The notes below the pieces were generated by a model. The model searched no databases, was not told the origin of the DNA, and worked only from the letters and a program-made list of their open reading frames with translations. Below are positions 25,773-39,820 of a stretch of DNA of 64,000 nucleotides, in pieces (within the stretch, counting starts at the first letter, position 1; every line of letters begins with the position of its first letter). The position numbers were made by a program, and so were the translations under genes. Origin of the DNA: Mobula hypostoma (Eukaryota); NCBI RefSeq assembly GCF_963921235.1, contig NC_086108.1:67086001-67150000 (forward strand), written 5' to 3'.

Positions 25773-27597
25773 AACATAGAACATAAAATAGTACAGCACA
25801 GTACAGTCCCTTCGGCCCACAATGTTGTGCCAACCCTTAAACCGTGCTTCCCATATAACTCCCCAACTTAAATTCCTCCATATACCTGTCTAGTAGTCGC
25901 TTAAATTTCACTAGTGTATCTGCCTCCACCACTGACTCAGGCAGTGCATTCCATGCACCAACCACTCTCTGAGTAAAAAACCTTCCTCTAATATCCCACT
26001 TGAACTTCCCTCCCCTTACCTTAAAGCTACGTCCTCTTGTATTGAGCAGTGGTGCCCTGGGGAAGAGGCGCTGGCTGTCCACTCTATCTAGTCCTCTTAA
26101 TATCTTGTGTACCTCTATCATGTCTCCTCTCATCCTCCTTCTCTCCAAAGAGTAAAGCCCTAGCTCCCTTAATCTCTGATCATAATGCATACTCTCTAAA
26201 CCAGGCAGCATCCTGGTAAATCTCCTCTGTACCCTTTCCAATGCTTCCACATCCTTCCTATAGTGAGGTGACCAGAAATGGACACAGTACTCCAAGTGTG
26301 GACTAAACAGAATTTTATAGAGCTGCATCATTACCTTGCAACTATTAAACTCTATCCCTCAACTTATGAAAGCCAACACCCCATAAGCTTTCTTAACTAC
26401 CCTATCTACCTGTGAGGCAACTTTCAGGGATCTGTGGACATGTACATCCAGATCCCTCTGCTCCTCCACACTACTAAGTATTCTGCCATTTACTTTGTAC
26501 TCTGCCTTGGAGTTTGTCCTTCCAAAGTGTATCACCTCACACTTCTCCGGGTTGAACTCCATAGCCCACTTCTGCATCCTATCAATGTCTCTCTGCAATC
26601 TTTGACAATCCTCTGCACTATCCACACCACCACCAACCTTTGTGTTGTCTGCAAACTTGCCAACCCACCCTTCCACCCCCACATCCAGGTCGTTCATAAA
26701 AATCACAAAACCGATCCTTGTGGGACACCACTAGTCACAACCCTCCAATCCGAATGTACTCCCTCCAACACGACCCTCTGCTTTCTGCAGGCTAGCCAAT
26801 TCTGAATCCACCTGGCCAAACTTCCCTGGATCCCATGCCTTCTGACTTTTTGAATAAGCCTACTATGTGGAACCTTGTCAAATGCCTTACTAAAATCCAT
26901 GTAGATCACATCCGCTGCACTACCCTCACCTACATGCCTGGTCACCTCCTCAAAGTACTCTATCAGGCTTGTTAGACATGATCTGCCCTTCACAAAGCCA
27001 TGCTGACTGTCCATGATCAGGCCATAATTCCCTAAATGCCCGGAGATCCTATCTCTAAGAACCTTTTCCAACAGCTTTCCCACCACAGACGTAAGGCTCA
27101 CTGGTCTATAATTACCCGGACTATCCCTACTACCTTTTTTGAACAAGGGGACAACGTTTGCCTCCCTCCAGTCCTCCGGTACCATTCCTATGGACAATGA
27201 GGACATAAAGATCCTAGCCAGAGGCTCAGCAATCTCATCCCTTGCCTCGTGGAGCATCCTTGGGAATATTCCGTCAGGCTCCAAGGACTTATCCGTCCTA
27301 ATGTATTTTAACAACTCCAACTTTTCCTCTCCCTTAATATCAACATGCTCCAGTACATCAACCTCACTCATATTGTCCTCACCTTCATCAAGTTCCCTCT
27401 CATTGGTGAATACCGAAGAGAAGTATTCATTGAGGACCTCGCTAACTTCCACAGCCTCCAGGCACATCTTCCAACCTTTATCTCTAATTGGTTCTACCTT
27501 CACTCCTGTCATCCTTTTGTTCTTCACATAATTGAAGAATGCCTTGGGGTTTTCCTTTACCCTGCTCGCCGGGGCCTTCTCATGCCCCCTTCTTGCT
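25773..27597 (-). mobile_element. Relatively young CR1 LINE, 5'-truncated ORF2 (RT)
   Basis: ORFs 26703-27608, 26359-26706 and 25837-26331 give NYRPVSLTSVVGK, QHGF, YMDFSKAFDKVPH, GVPQGSVL, KFADN and ERVQRRFTRM. Ends in a TTCTATG-type tail at 25773-25790. Confidence 0.95.
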
Positions 27598-29329
27598 TTA
27601 CCTACCAACTTGAGAATTTCTTGCAGTCTCTCAGAGACATCTTTGAACCTAGCACTTGGTAGGTGTTCATTGTGGTGTTTTGTTTGTGCATCCTCCTCAA
27701 ACTCTCTTTACCAATGTTTAACATACAAACAACTATGAGAAGCAAATATGATATCCACCATCAAACAGACCTGCAAAATAAAATACCACTACTTGTAGAC
27801 ATTATCACCATAACAGATCAAAATTTTCTAATTTTTCTTCAAGTTTTTCTTCTAAATACAGACAAAAGTCTGAAATCCGTTTCTGCAGCAGTACGGAAAT
27901 CGCTGTTCGTTTATCATGGCAATTGATTCTAGCAAAGTTTATCTTGAAGAATGTGCAAGGAACACCATATCAGATTCGACTGAAACCCTGTTAGTGTCAC
28001 TTCACACTTGTTATTTTCTTAGCTGGTGAAGTGTAAGTGATAACTTGAATCCAGTGTGTATACATTTCTGGCACACTCTGCCATTGCCAGCTGCTTCCAA
28101 GCACTGTACACAGTCCGGAACAGTGGAATTTTTATCATCCTTGGTAAGCACCACTGACATTTTGGAGTTTGTCGTCCATGCTCCACTTACCTAAGGAATG
28201 GTTTCATTCCCAAAACATCAAATACAAATAAATTTCAGATTTCTTTTGGAACCTCTTTTGAGGCGGTCCTATGCTATTATTTTCTCCTCCCAATGATTGA
28301 TTCACATTCTTGAAAATTAGTTCTAGAAATACCTCCTGTCCAAAAAGCAAAAAATACATTGACTTCAATCTATAAGGTAACTTGGCTGGCATGAAGATGT
28401 TTTTGATAAGGAATGGCACTCTGGGAAACTATCAGACATCTTGTATAATGTGTGTTTTCTCCCCCCAAATACCTGGTTTACTTTGTGAAAACTTAATGAT
28501 CGCTGTTTACTACCACACTGTGCTGCACTAATGAAATAACCTTCTCCACCAGTTCATATATCCCATTGCCCCCACTTCCAACTTTCAATTCTTCAGGTCA
28601 ACAGGCTTTCATCAGAACCGAGAAAAGTATAACATTTTCTAGTTTTGATGCAAAATCATCATTCTAGAACTAACTTGGTTTCTCCTTCTGCAGATGCAGC
28701 TTGCCCTGTTGACTACTTCTAGTGTTTCTCAATCTTGCATTTCAGACTTCAGGCATTTGGGGTTTTCTTTGCATTTGTATTACATTAGTTTTTGTTTCAC
28801 TGTTTCAAGTTAGTGCTTTCTCCATTGGTTTGGATTTGATTTGCTATGTTTCCATATTGCAGCTAAGAACATGCTCCCAAGCATTCATACTTCCCACATT
28901 TTAAAGTCAATCATTTTCCCTCCCAGTTTTCTGCTCCTCCACCACCACTCACCACCCACCCCATAAGGAGAGAAGTGATTCTGTGCTCCAGGCTCATGGG
29001 AATTCCTCCACTTGGCCAGGCTTCCCAGGTGCCATGGGACAGAAGTCTGCAGGCTTTTGGCTTCAGATGACAGCTGTTGTAGTTGAGCATAGTCCTCACA
29101 AGAAGAACTTTAAATGACTTTTCTATTTGCTGTTCAGTTAATGCTAAGAATAGCCATAGTTATTCGATTGGGCTATTATTTCAAAATCAGATTGCATCTG
29201 GTCAAATATTTAAAAACACTTGCATTCGTTATAGAGAAAACTTTCATGGCAACTCTCTATGTTGGTCCCAAACACAGTTTATGTTTTTACTACATTTTTC
29301 TACATTGACTGTAGTGTTTAGAAGTTAGT

Positions 29330-29800
29330 CATAGTTCAGTAATAGTGCTCTCTCTTCTGAGTTAGACTACTGTGATTTTAAGCTACCCACCCCCTCCAAG
29401 CAGTTCAAAGCAAGTTCTGTATTGACACTTCAGTAAAGCACAAAGGACATGCTGCAGTGTCAGATGCCTGAGATGCCTCTCATCTATATATAAAATATAT
29501 TATAGTACAAATTGAAAAAGCACAGAGGAGTGTGCTTGTTGTCTCACTTATCAAATATAAATGAATAACTAAAACCAAATGTCTGTTCATTTACCTCACT
29601 GACCAATTTTACTCTCAATATGAAAATGACTGAACCAAAGGTCATCACATTACTGCTTGCAGGACCTCCCCATGTACATGTTGCCTGTTCCATTTTTCTA
29701 CAGCTCAGCAGTGGTTACACTTCAAAATTTTCATTTTGATATTTTTGAACCACTTCGCAGGCGTTTTGAGGTTGTCAAAATGCCACATTAATGTGGAAAC
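29330..29800 (+). mobile_element. Old SINE, probably Deu-domain
   Basis: Decayed tRNA-like head (tctcttctgagttaga) and 3' motifs (tcatcacattactgcttgcaggacct...cacttcaaaa). Confidence 0.4.
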
Positions 29801-29959
29801 ATTTGCTGGCTGGAATATTGTTAAAAATAGAACCTGTTCATCCCTTCTTTACATATGGAACATTATTTGAAGTAATGAAAAAAAATCAACCCAAAGTATA
29901 TTTTTAAAAGTACACTTTTTGAGGAGTAAAACCAGTAGTCTTTCAATTTTCATCTCCTT

Positions 29960-30900
29960 GTGTAGTCTTGTTATCCTTATTTTAGAAAGAATATACGAAC
30001 ATTGGAGGCACTCCAGAACAGATTCACTTGGCTAATACATGGATTGTATCACAATCAGTTAACAAAGTTAGGTCTGTATTATTTGAAGTTTAAGAAAATT
30101 AAGAATAATCTTATTGAATCATACAAGATCCTGAAAGAGTGTAAAAGGGTAAATGTTTAGATGTTTGCACAAAGTGAGAGAGCCCAAATGAAGAGTATAA
30201 GGGGCTGATAATTTAAAACTCAGCAAAGACTCTAGCAAATTTCTACAGGTGTAGCATAGAGAGCTTTCTGACCAGCTGAATTACTGCCTGTTACGGAGGC
30301 ACCAGTCTTCAGGATCGAAAGAGGCTCAGCCAACTCCATCATTGTCACAACCCTCCCCATCATCGATGAACACCTTCAAAAGGTGGTACCTCAAGAAGGT
30401 GGTATCCATCCTTAAGGACTCTCACTATCCGAGACATGTCCTCTCCTCAATACTGCCGTACAGGAGGATATACAGGAGCCTGAAGGCCCTTCAGAGTACT
30501 GAATAGTCCGTGAACCCATGAATACGACCTCACTACTTTTCTTCTGCAGTATTCATTTATTTATGTTTTGTGACTTTCAGTAATTTTATGCATTGGGCTG
30601 TACTGCTGCATAAAACAAGAATTTTCACAACATATGTCAGTGATAGTAACCTTGATTCTTATTCTGTTTCTGAACTAAAGTATATTAGAACCTCTGGACA
30701 TAAAGGTGGTAAATCTCTGGAGTTCTCTACCTCTGAGAGCACTTGAGGTTTTAAAAAAGGAGATATTTAATGTTTGAAAAACTGTGGAATTGAGGCTGCA
30801 TGGAAGAAGAGTTGAGGCCCCGGCTAGATCAGCCAGGAATGGTGGGGCAGGTTTGACAGGCCTCATGGTCTACTCCTGACCTTATTCATCTGTGTCCATG
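29960..30900 (+). mobile_element. Decayed CR1 3' fragment interrupted by a Rex1/Babar 3' fragment (about 30225-30672)
   Basis: CR1 motifs lie on both sides. The insert has gcaaatttctacaggtgtagcatagagagc and a GATTCT-like tail. Confidence 0.65.
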
Positions 30901-31829
30901 TGTTTTATAAACATTCAAGAAAGACAGAGACAATTCTGAAGACTGAAAATTGAAAGGACTATTGAAAAGAAACTGTCAGGATTTAATAGTCTTTTGCATT
31001 GTATTGTCCACCTAGGTTCATATTTATAAATTTTATACATTCCATCAAATCCATGTAATCCTCCTAAAATTTTTGTAAGTATTGGTATATTCAAGGCTGC
31101 GTTCAATTTATAGAATAAGGCCTCCTTCAAAACAAAATTCTTCAGCTTTTTCCTCATCCAATCAAACTCAAGTTTTTTTTTACTTTCAAAGTTTCTAAAT
31201 GATGAAAGAATACAGTCCAAATATAGGAAATAAAAGAATGTAACAAATAAGGAGAGGATTTAGGTGTTAGAAGATTAAAGGAGAGGCCCTACTAATTTAC
31301 ATTAATATTTCAGATAATCTGCTTATCCTTTCTTTTGACTCTTTTCTGTTCTGAATTTGTTAGCCAATATTAAACATATGCCTCTATTTTGCATCACAGG
31401 AACAGGATATCATAAATTCTAACCTTTCATTCAATTTTGAGGTTATGTCACCTTTTGAAGGTGATATGTTCTATGTTTCTATGATATTCTGCATGTAAAT
31501 GGAATGCTTAATGAAAGGAAACACTTGCACTGTTTCCACCTTGATAACCTTTCACACATGAGAAATGGAGGTCACTTTCTGTGGAACAGAAGTAGAATAT
31601 AATCCCAGTGCTCAGCTCTGACCCTGGATCACTGCCTGACATTCAGGCAGTATCTTGAAAAGTCCAAACAGGAAACTAAATCCACAGTGTGCAAACTCAT
31701 TGGCAGTGGCTAGGGAACTGAGGGCTGAACACTGCACACGGAAACTGGAGCCCTCTACACCCTTTAGCAGAGTTCTGCATTGCTGTCTGGACAGCAAGTC
31801 GCCATACAAAGACCTTTGATCAGTAATTA

Positions 31830-32862
31830 ACTGCTGTACTGCGGATCAGCCAAGACACATATATTTTAAAGAACGATGATTGAATGGCTGGCTGTTTTTT
31901 TTTCAGCTTTTGCCTCTTCTGTTCTCATGGATGTCTGTGAAGAACAAGAATTTCAGGTTGTATATTATATATATTCTTTGATATTAAGTGGACCTATTGA
32001 ACTATCGTTTGAGCTACAATGCCTTTCAGTCTTCTGGTAAGAAGGCGGTGCATTTGGACGCAGCAGTTTTTTGAGGGCCAACCGAAGGTGTTTATGTCTT
32101 TTGTAAACATCTTTTTCATGGTCACAGGACAATGCTAGACTTTCAGAACTTCAAGTATGACAGGTATATCTCATGAGTTGGTGGCCCATTGGCGGAGGAG
32201 CTGGACTTGGTGCGGACTGTGCTACTGCCTGCTACAGGAAGGCATCGGAGTCAGTGCACAAAGGTGGTGCGCAGTCTAACTGCAAGTAATTGTCTTGAAT
32301 GTTTCTCTTGCAGTTGCAAGACCCTGTTGGATATTGATTATGTAAAATGCAGCAAGTCTGTTTCCCTTGTTTATTGGTGAGGCAGATGGTGGGGTCGCTG
32401 CGTGGCCTCTGTTGAAGCGAGGACAAGGCCCCAAGCCACAGGCTTGCCTGTTGCAGCAGTCCAGGAGAGGAGATGCCACAGGCAGTGTGATACAGTGTAC
32501 ATGCTGGGTCGGGGGCCAGCCCCCTCCTGTCGGTTCTGTCCTCCAGTGTTCGATCGCTGGAATGACAAGTTGGATTGCGTGCATGCATGTGTGCATACAT
32601 TCGCTTGCGGACTGCTGAGAACTCCTTCTTCTTGCTGATAACACCCATGCACCGTCAATTTATAGTATATGTCACTCAGGGACTTGCACTACTTGTTATT
32701 TTTTGTGTAACTCTATGTTTACTTGCGTCTTATATGTGCTGCATGTGCTGTGTGTGATTGTTGGTACTGTGTTTTGCACCTTGGCCCCGAGGAACGCTGT
32801 TTCATTTGGTTGTATTATTGGGTATGTGTGTATGTTTGAATGATAATTAAATGTGATCTTGA
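31830..32862 (+). mobile_element. Two adjacent non-coding retroposon fragments with Rex/Babar-like 3' tails
   Basis: Tails gaacaagaatttcaggttgtata...gacctattgaac (about 32000) and ttggccccgaggaacgctgtttcatt...gataattaaa (about 32850). The body is GC-richer with no recognisable protein. Confidence 0.45.
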
Positions 32863-32969
32863 AGAGATGCTTGAATTAGAGTTATGGCTACGTCTGACTT
32901 GCCACTGGCTACAGTCTGAACAATTCCTCTAGAATTGGGTTAACAACATGCCACCGCATTTAATAATTT

Positions 32970-33162
32970 AGGGTGCCATGGTAGTATAGCAGTTAGTGCA
33001 ATGCTGTCATAGTTTGGGGCTTTGGAGTTCAGAGTTCAGTTCCAGTGCTGTCTGAAAGGAGTTTTTGTACGTTCTCCTTGTAACTGCATGGGTTTCATCT
33101 GGGTGCTCTGGTTTCTTCGAATAGTCCAAACATGTATCAGTTAGTAGGTTAATTGCTCATTG
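32970..33162 (+). mobile_element. tRNA-derived V-SINE (HE1-like)
   Basis: A/B-box-like head (ggtagtatagcagttag...gagttcagttcc) followed by the V-domain gtacgttctcc...gcatgggtttcatctgggtgctctggtttc. Confidence 0.75.
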
Positions 33163-33999
33163 GATAAATACTTTCCTTGACATAGGTAAGGTACAATGGA
33201 GAGTTATTTGCATCAATGTCACGTGCCACAATAGAAAACTCAATGCAGGACTTAATCTCCTAACCTCCAGGCCTCACGATCTGGCAGATCTTGAAACTAG
33301 GTCACAGCTATTCTGGGTTAGAGTCTGCAAACTAACTGAACCAAATTTTAATGTGGCTCTAGTCACAAAAATCAGTTAGCAAAATGTATTCATCACCTCT
33401 GACCAACCCATTTCTTCAATACACTAATATCGAAATCCATAGAAAAATTTCCAATACAGTGACAATTAAAATGGCAAAAATAATCTTTGCTGATCTTGTC
33501 ATATGAAAGAATAATAAAACCCTTTTCTAAAAAAAAGATGAAAGGTTCTATTACTGTTATTTTCCTGCTTTACTTTGTCATAGTTTCTCCATTTCCAAAC
33601 AGGCTTCAACTGGACATATAATATTCCAACCTATTCCTCAGTCACTGTGGTAATTTGGTATTAGGTGCCGCAGCTGATAAATGTGTATTTTTCTCTGCAG
33701 CAAGGTTTACATAAATCACTACCATAAGCTTTCACTTCAGAGAGTGCTTATGTGACTCAGTCTGCAAAAAGTGTGCCAGAAACATCAAGGGATCTCATAG
33801 ACCTTGAAGTTACACAGTGCTATATTAGTGTACAAACACTTAATGTATTCATAGGAAACATCTGTCAGCTACTTTAAAAGAAATGAATCTGTTTATTTTA
33901 AATTCAAATAGGAAGGAAACTTTATAGGAATTTATTTGGTTCATACACCAATTTTAATAAGTGTCATTCCAAGGCAATGTATTGGCTAATATAGTGCAG

Positions 34000-34810
34000 G
34001 GATGTGTATGGTCTTGTACATTGGTAGAAGGAATAAAGGCATAGACTATTTTCTAAATGGGAAGAAAATTCAGAAATCAGAAGTGCCAAGGGACTTGGGA
34101 GTCCATGTGTAGGGTTCCTAAAAGGTTAACTTGCAGGTTGAGTCGGTGGTAAGGAAGTCAAAAGCAATGCTAGCATTCATTTCAAGAGGATTAGATAATA
34201 AGAGCAAGGATGTAATGCTGAGGCTTCATAAGGCACTGATCAGACAACACTTGGAGTATTCTGAGCAGTTTTGGGCATCTTATCTAACAAATGATGTACT
34301 GGTATTGGAGACAGTCTAGAGGAGATTCACTAGAATGATTCCCAGAGTGAAAGGGTTAATGTATGAGAAGGTTTGACGCTCTAAGCATGTACTCACTGGA
34401 GTTTAGAAGAATGAGGGGCTTTCTCATTGAAACCTATCGAATTTTGAAAAGCTTAGATAGAGTGGAAGTGCTGAAGATGTTTCATGTAGTGGGTGAGTCT
34501 AAAGTCCATAAGGCACAACCTTAGAATAGAGGGACATCCTTATAGAACAGAGATGAGGAGGAATCCCCTTAGCCAGTGGGTTGTGAATCTGTGGAGTTCT
34601 TTGCCTCAGGTGGCTGTGGAGGCCAAGTCACTGGATTTAATTAAAGCAGAGATCAATAGCTTCTTGATTGGTAAGGGTGTCAAAGATTACAGAGAGAAGG
34701 CAAGAGAATGGGGTTGAGAGGCATAATAAATCAACCATGATGGAATTGCTGAGCAGACTTGATGGGTCAAATGACCTAATTCTGCTCCTATATCTTTCAG
34801 CCTTTTGGTT
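34000..34810 (+). mobile_element. CR1 LINE 3' fragment
   Basis: Peptides QVESVVRKSKAMLAFISRG, HLEYSEQFW and VVNLWSSLP. 3' end tctgctcctatatctt. Confidence 0.9.
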
Positions 34811-35374
34811 AATACTTCTGTTCATATTATTGTGGTAATTTATTTACCTTAATTCCCTATTTCTGTTGCATTTCATATCAGCAACAACTTCACTTCATCA
34901 GCCAGATTAATCTAGTTTAAGATGTTACAATGAAGGCCACCACCTTAATAAATGAATCTGCTACATTTATCTTTACTGTTAATATCAGCATAATTACAAA
35001 AACTCAAAAAATTCCAGAAAATTCCATCAGATATAATTATGTTGAATTCTATTAGTTAACAATCATCGGTAAGATAGATGAAAGAAAGAGTACCCTAAAG
35101 TAAAGAACAAAAGATAAAGTGTACCTAAAATAAATTACTTTTAGATAGACAAGGAGGAAGGTAATGTCAGAGCTCATAAACAAGAATAAATAGAAAGCAC
35201 TTAGCTTAGATATTTTTTTAAATAAAATTTAATTGTGTTGATGTTATGTGTAATTTCAGTTTTTTAAAAGATGTGATTATAGACCAACTTCTTGTTCTTA
35301 AGTTCTTTCTATACACTTTGAAGTCTCACACGGCTCAGCATCTCAGCAAGTAGTTTTAAGTTGTTAAGTTTTAC

Positions 35375-35542
35375 CTATCACTTGCCAGCATGTTCTCCCT
35401 CCCCTTCCCCACCTTTGTATTCTGGCTTCTTCCTTTCCAGTCTTGACGAAGGGTCTTGGCCCAAAATGTTGTCCGTTTATTCTGTTCCATAGATACTGCC
35501 TGACCTGCTAAGTTTGTGTGTGGTTGCTCTGGATTTTCAGCA
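35375..35542 (+). mobile_element. Decayed PLE pLTR 3' fragment
   Basis: Degenerate HHR (tcttgacgaagggtcttggcccaaaa) and tail ttttcagcacttgcagaatctc. Confidence 0.7.
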
Positions 35543-35676
35543 CTTGCAGAATCTCTGGTGTTTTGTTCCTATGAATAGTATGAACTCTTTTTCAACTACA
35601 ATTTGGCATGAAGTTAATGTGAACGTGTGCTTGATGGCTGGCATAGTCTTAGTGGTCAAGTTAAATGTAAGAAACT

Positions 35677-35775
35677 CAACACACACAAAATGCTGGAGGA
35701 ACTCAGCAGGCCAGGCAGTATCTATGGAAAAGAGCAAACAGTCAACGTTTCAGGCCGAGACCTTCATCAGGACTC
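35677..35775 (-). mobile_element. PLE pLTR fragment carrying an intact HHR core (35739-35775)
   Basis: The minus strand reads gagtc-CTGATGA-agg.tctcgg.cct-GAAA-cg-TT-gactg. Confidence 0.8.
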
Positions 35776-37534
35776 ATAAAGAACACGTTAGTCATTAAAG
35801 CGACTTAGAGGGATATAGATATAGAGGGTAGGCTCTTTGGCCCAATGAGACTGAGATCGAGACCATGCTAATCATCAGGCACCAACCTACATCTATACTT
35901 CACTCCCATTTTATTTTCCGCCATTCAACGCAAAGACCTGGATTAGGCCTTCCTATTACACACTGAGAAGGATTTGGCTTGCTCCCCGATGAAGATGACA
36001 TTCACTGTCACAACGCCCTACATACAGTACCTCTTGATACAGCAGTTACTAGTCAGACTCCAAAGAGGCCCTCAGAAGAAGTGAAATACCATTCACCAAA
36101 TTTTTAAAAAATTACCATCATCAGTTCAATCAGACGTAATGAGGGAGTATTGAATTCCATTTCAGAAGATGGAGTTGAATGGTGGGTGGAGAAATCAGGC
36201 AATGGAGGGAAATGAACATCGAAGTGGCAAGCTTTATCTGAGGGAAATGAAGCTTTTGTGAACAAGACTGTCACAATGCTCAAAATGTTGTTTTGTGACT
36301 TCACACTTATACTTGAAGAATAAAAGCAGTGCAAGCATTCAAATTGTTTAACACTCAGTAGCTGTGTCATTTCTATTTCTTTCATGGCATTACTCCCTTT
36401 ATACCAATGGAAAGAATGTTTATTTCAACATCACAAGAGTTTCTCTCACCAGGTGAAGATTTTGGGAACATACTTTAACTTAATTAGGTAACTGAGACTT
36501 TAAAGTTAAGAACTATGAAGAGAATTGACGCTATAATTAACTGAGTGAGTCATTATTCAGGTAGAGGCAAAAACCATTGTAACATTTAACATTTCAAAAA
36601 TTCTGGATGCAAATTACTAAATACAGGGAAGCCAGTAAGTAATACACGCACATTCAAACTTTCAGCATTCAAACCACAAGTAAGTTAATGTAATTACATG
36701 TTTAATTATGTAAAATCATTATAGATTGAAGCCTGCATCTTGACATATTGTACAGTATGTACAATTAATAGTACCCAACACCATGGTAACTAGTCAGTGG
36801 CATCTAACTGCTACTGAGTTTCCAATTACTGCTGTCTGATTCTGGAGAAGCATATTTAATGACGTGCCCTCCTGAGGAAGGCATCTGTGACCTATTGTTT
36901 GTAATGCAACTCGGATGGCTGATTGATCCCTGCTTAATCCCCAGCAAACTGCCTGTAAGTAGCCACTATCAAAGACGTTAATAGCTGCAGTGACCTTTGT
37001 GGCAACTTGTAAAGCAGTTGAAATTACAAATTGCAAGTTGAGTTGCAATTCTTTATAAAGGTCAACTAAAATTTGTCAGCTGACCCAAATATCATTAGTC
37101 CCTGCCATTCAGGAATAAATAATTACTTCCTAATATGTTCATCATCCTGGATACCACCGTTCAACTGTTGAGTCTCTTCAGTTTGAGAACTAAGCAGTAA
37201 AAATAACTAATCAAAACAAGAATTGAAAATAAATGTCCTCCAATTCTCTTCTAAAGGTACTGCTTCAACCATAACAATACCAACCCTTAGCAACTTTACC
37301 TGGGTGTTCAGTATTGAAAATTGAGACAAGACAATTATCTTTGCTTGGCTTTTCAATTGCAGGAGCAACATTCCAATGCTCAAGCCCGTGTAAATTTCAG
37401 CATCAGGATTAGCCATCAGTAGCAGAAATCCTGGCTGGTTTTTCCACACCCTAACACATGGCTACCCTGATCAGATTAGACTTGGCTACATTTAGTGAAA
37501 ACTTTACTCATCAAACTGAGTCCTTCCTATTTTT

Positions 37535-37778
37535 AGAATTCCAGCACGGTAAAAGGCCTTTCTGGCCCAAAGAGCTTGTGTTGGCCAATTACACCCATGC
37601 AACCAATTAACCTACTAACCTGTAAGGTCTTTGGAATGCGGGGGTAACCAGAGCACATGGAGGAAACCCACATGGTCATGGGGAGAAGGTAAAAATCTCC
37701 TTATAGACAGAGGCAGGAGGCTGAATTGACCTGGGTCACTGGTGCTGTTATAGTGTTATGTTAACTACTATGCTACCA
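37535..37778 (-). mobile_element. tRNA-derived V-SINE (HE1-like) with CR1-like tail
   Basis: Reverse-complement V-domain (accagagcacatggaggaaacccaca) and head (aactactatgctacca). Tail aggcctttctggccca. Confidence 0.75.
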
Positions 37779-38212
37779 TTTCACACTTTCCCTTACTACA
37801 GTGCAACTCTGGATTTACCTTTTTGGAAATGATGGTGGAAACTTTATCGCATTTTTTGTTCTAAATGGCATCCTGTCTTCAGTAAATGATAGCAGTAGGG
37901 ATTAACCTTTGGCTTATTTTTGTCACTCTATTTATATCTATAGGTCCTTTTCATTGGCTGGTTCATGAATCTGAGAGTAAACACTTCAAAATAACCTTGC
38001 CAAATGAAACGTTTCAGAAAGAGTACTCTATTACCATTTGACTTGGGCTGGGCTAGGTGGTGTTGTGCTACCATCACTGAGAGGATATGACAAGAACCTA
38101 GATTCAGTAGCTCCAACTACTGTGGCAAGGTTTTTATTTTCCCAGGAAGCCATGATTTACTTCATTGCCTATTTTATTTACTGTGTTAACATACAGTAAG
38201 CTTGGATAATTA

Positions 38213-39820
38213 CAGTGCCTATAAGAAGTATTCACCTACCCTACCCAGAAGTTTTCATGTTTTATTGTTTTACAAGGTTGAATCATTGTGGATTAAATTT
38301 GGTTTTTTTTGACACTGATTAACAAAAAAAGACTTCTTTGTGTCAAAGTGAAAACAGATCTCTACAAAGTGATCTAAATTAATTACAAATATAAAACACA
38401 AAATAATTGATTGCATAAGTATTCACCCCCTTATATGACACACCAAATCATTATGGGTGCAGCCAATTAGTTTTAGAAGGCACATTATTAGTTAAATGCA
38501 GATCACAGTGTGCAGTCGAGGTTTCAATTGATTGTAATAAAAACACTATATCTGGAAGGTCCAGCTGCTGGTGAGTCAGTCTCCTGGCAAAAATGACACC
38601 ATGAAGACAAAAGAACACTCCAAGCAACGCCGCAAAAAGGTTATCGAAAAGCACAAGTCAGGAGATCAATATAAGAAAATTTCCAAGTCACTGAATATCC
38701 CCTGGAGTACAGTTAAATCAATCATCAAGAAATGGAAAGAATATGGCACAGCTGTAACTCTGCCTAGAGCAGGCTGTCCTCAAAAACTGAGTGACCGTGC
38801 AAGAAGGGGACTAGTGAGCGAGGCCACCAAGAGACCTATGATGACTCTGGAGGAGTTATGAGCTTCAGTGGCTGAGATGGGAGAGACTGCATACCACATC
38901 TGTTGCCCGGGTAATTTACCAGTCACAGCTTTATTGGAGAGTGGCAAAAAGAAAGCCACTGTTGAAAAAACCCACATGAAATCTCAGCTAGAGTTTGCCA
39001 GAAGGCATGTGGGAGGCTCTGAAGTCGGCTGGAAGAAGGTTCTTTGGTCTGATGAAACCAAAATTTTAGCAACTAGACTAAATGTTATGTTTGGCATAAG
39101 CCAAATACTGCACATCACTAAAAACACGTCATTCCTACCATGAAGCATGGTGGTGGCTGCAACATGCTGTGGGGATGCTTCACTGCAGCAGGCCCTGGAA
39201 TGCTTGAGAAGGTAGAGGGTAAAATGAATGCAGCAAAATACAGGGAAATCCAGGAGGAAAACCTGATGCAGAGTGCGAGAGAGCTGCTACTTGGCGAAGA
39301 TTTGTTTTCCAGCAAGACAATTACACTAAACATACAAATAAAGCTACACAGGAATGGCTTAAAAACAACAAAGTTAATGTCCTGGAGTGGCCAAGTCAGA
39401 GTCCAGACCTCAATCCAATTGAGAATTTGTGGCTGGACTTGAAAAGGGCTGTTCACTCACAATCTCCATGCAATCTGACAGACTTGAGCAGTTTTGTAAA
39501 GAAGAATGGGGAAAAATTGCAGTGTTCAGATGTTCAAAGCTGACAGAGACCTATCCACACAGAGTCAAGGCTGTAATAGCTGCCAAAGGTGCATCTACTA
39601 AATACTGACCTGAAGGGGGTGATCAATTATTTTGTGTTTTATATTTGAAATTAATTGAGATCACTTTGTAGAAATCTGTTTTCGCTTTGACATAACAGAG
39701 TCTCTTTCTGTTGATCAATGTCAAAAAAGCCAAATTAAATTCACTGTGAGTCAATGCTATAAAACTTTAAAACAGGATAATTTCCAAGAGCGGAGGAGTG
39801 AATACTTTTTATAGGTACTG
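38213..39820 (+). mobile_element. Full-length Tc1-family transposon (IR/DR type), decayed
   Basis: TA|cagtgcctataagaagtattcac ... gtgaatactttttataggtactg. TIRs are about 210 bp with an internal repeat aagtattcacc. Total length 1.6 kb. Confidence 0.95.
38601..39608 (+). pseudogene. Tc1 transposase pseudogene
   Basis: MKTKEHSKQ..paired-like HTH, WKKVLWSDETK, KHGGG..MLWGCF, FQQDN, WPSQSPDLNPIENLW and AKGASTKY*. Contains stops and frameshifts. Confidence 0.93.

Larger units (their letters stand above)
20985..27665 (-). mobile_element. Old CR1 LINE (3' end at about 20985, through RT to ORF1 esterase remnants), host of two younger insertions
   Basis: CR1 3' motifs at 20990-22150. The RT continues across the PLE (QHGFV-like at 24995-25030). 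An ORF1 esterase-like sequence at 25590-25772 resumes at 27598-27665, similar to 51100-51330. Confidence 0.75.

Noticed and set aside
28012..28190. Minus-strand frame with a CxxC-x8-CxxC pattern (CVQCLEAAGNGRVCQKC) and nearby splice-like sites
   Set aside because: It is short, I recognise no family, and the adjacent candidate exon (28191-28336) has stops in all three frames.
36104..36385. 93-aa minus-strand ORF with splice-like boundaries
   Set aside because: No recognisable homology, and the length is compatible with chance.
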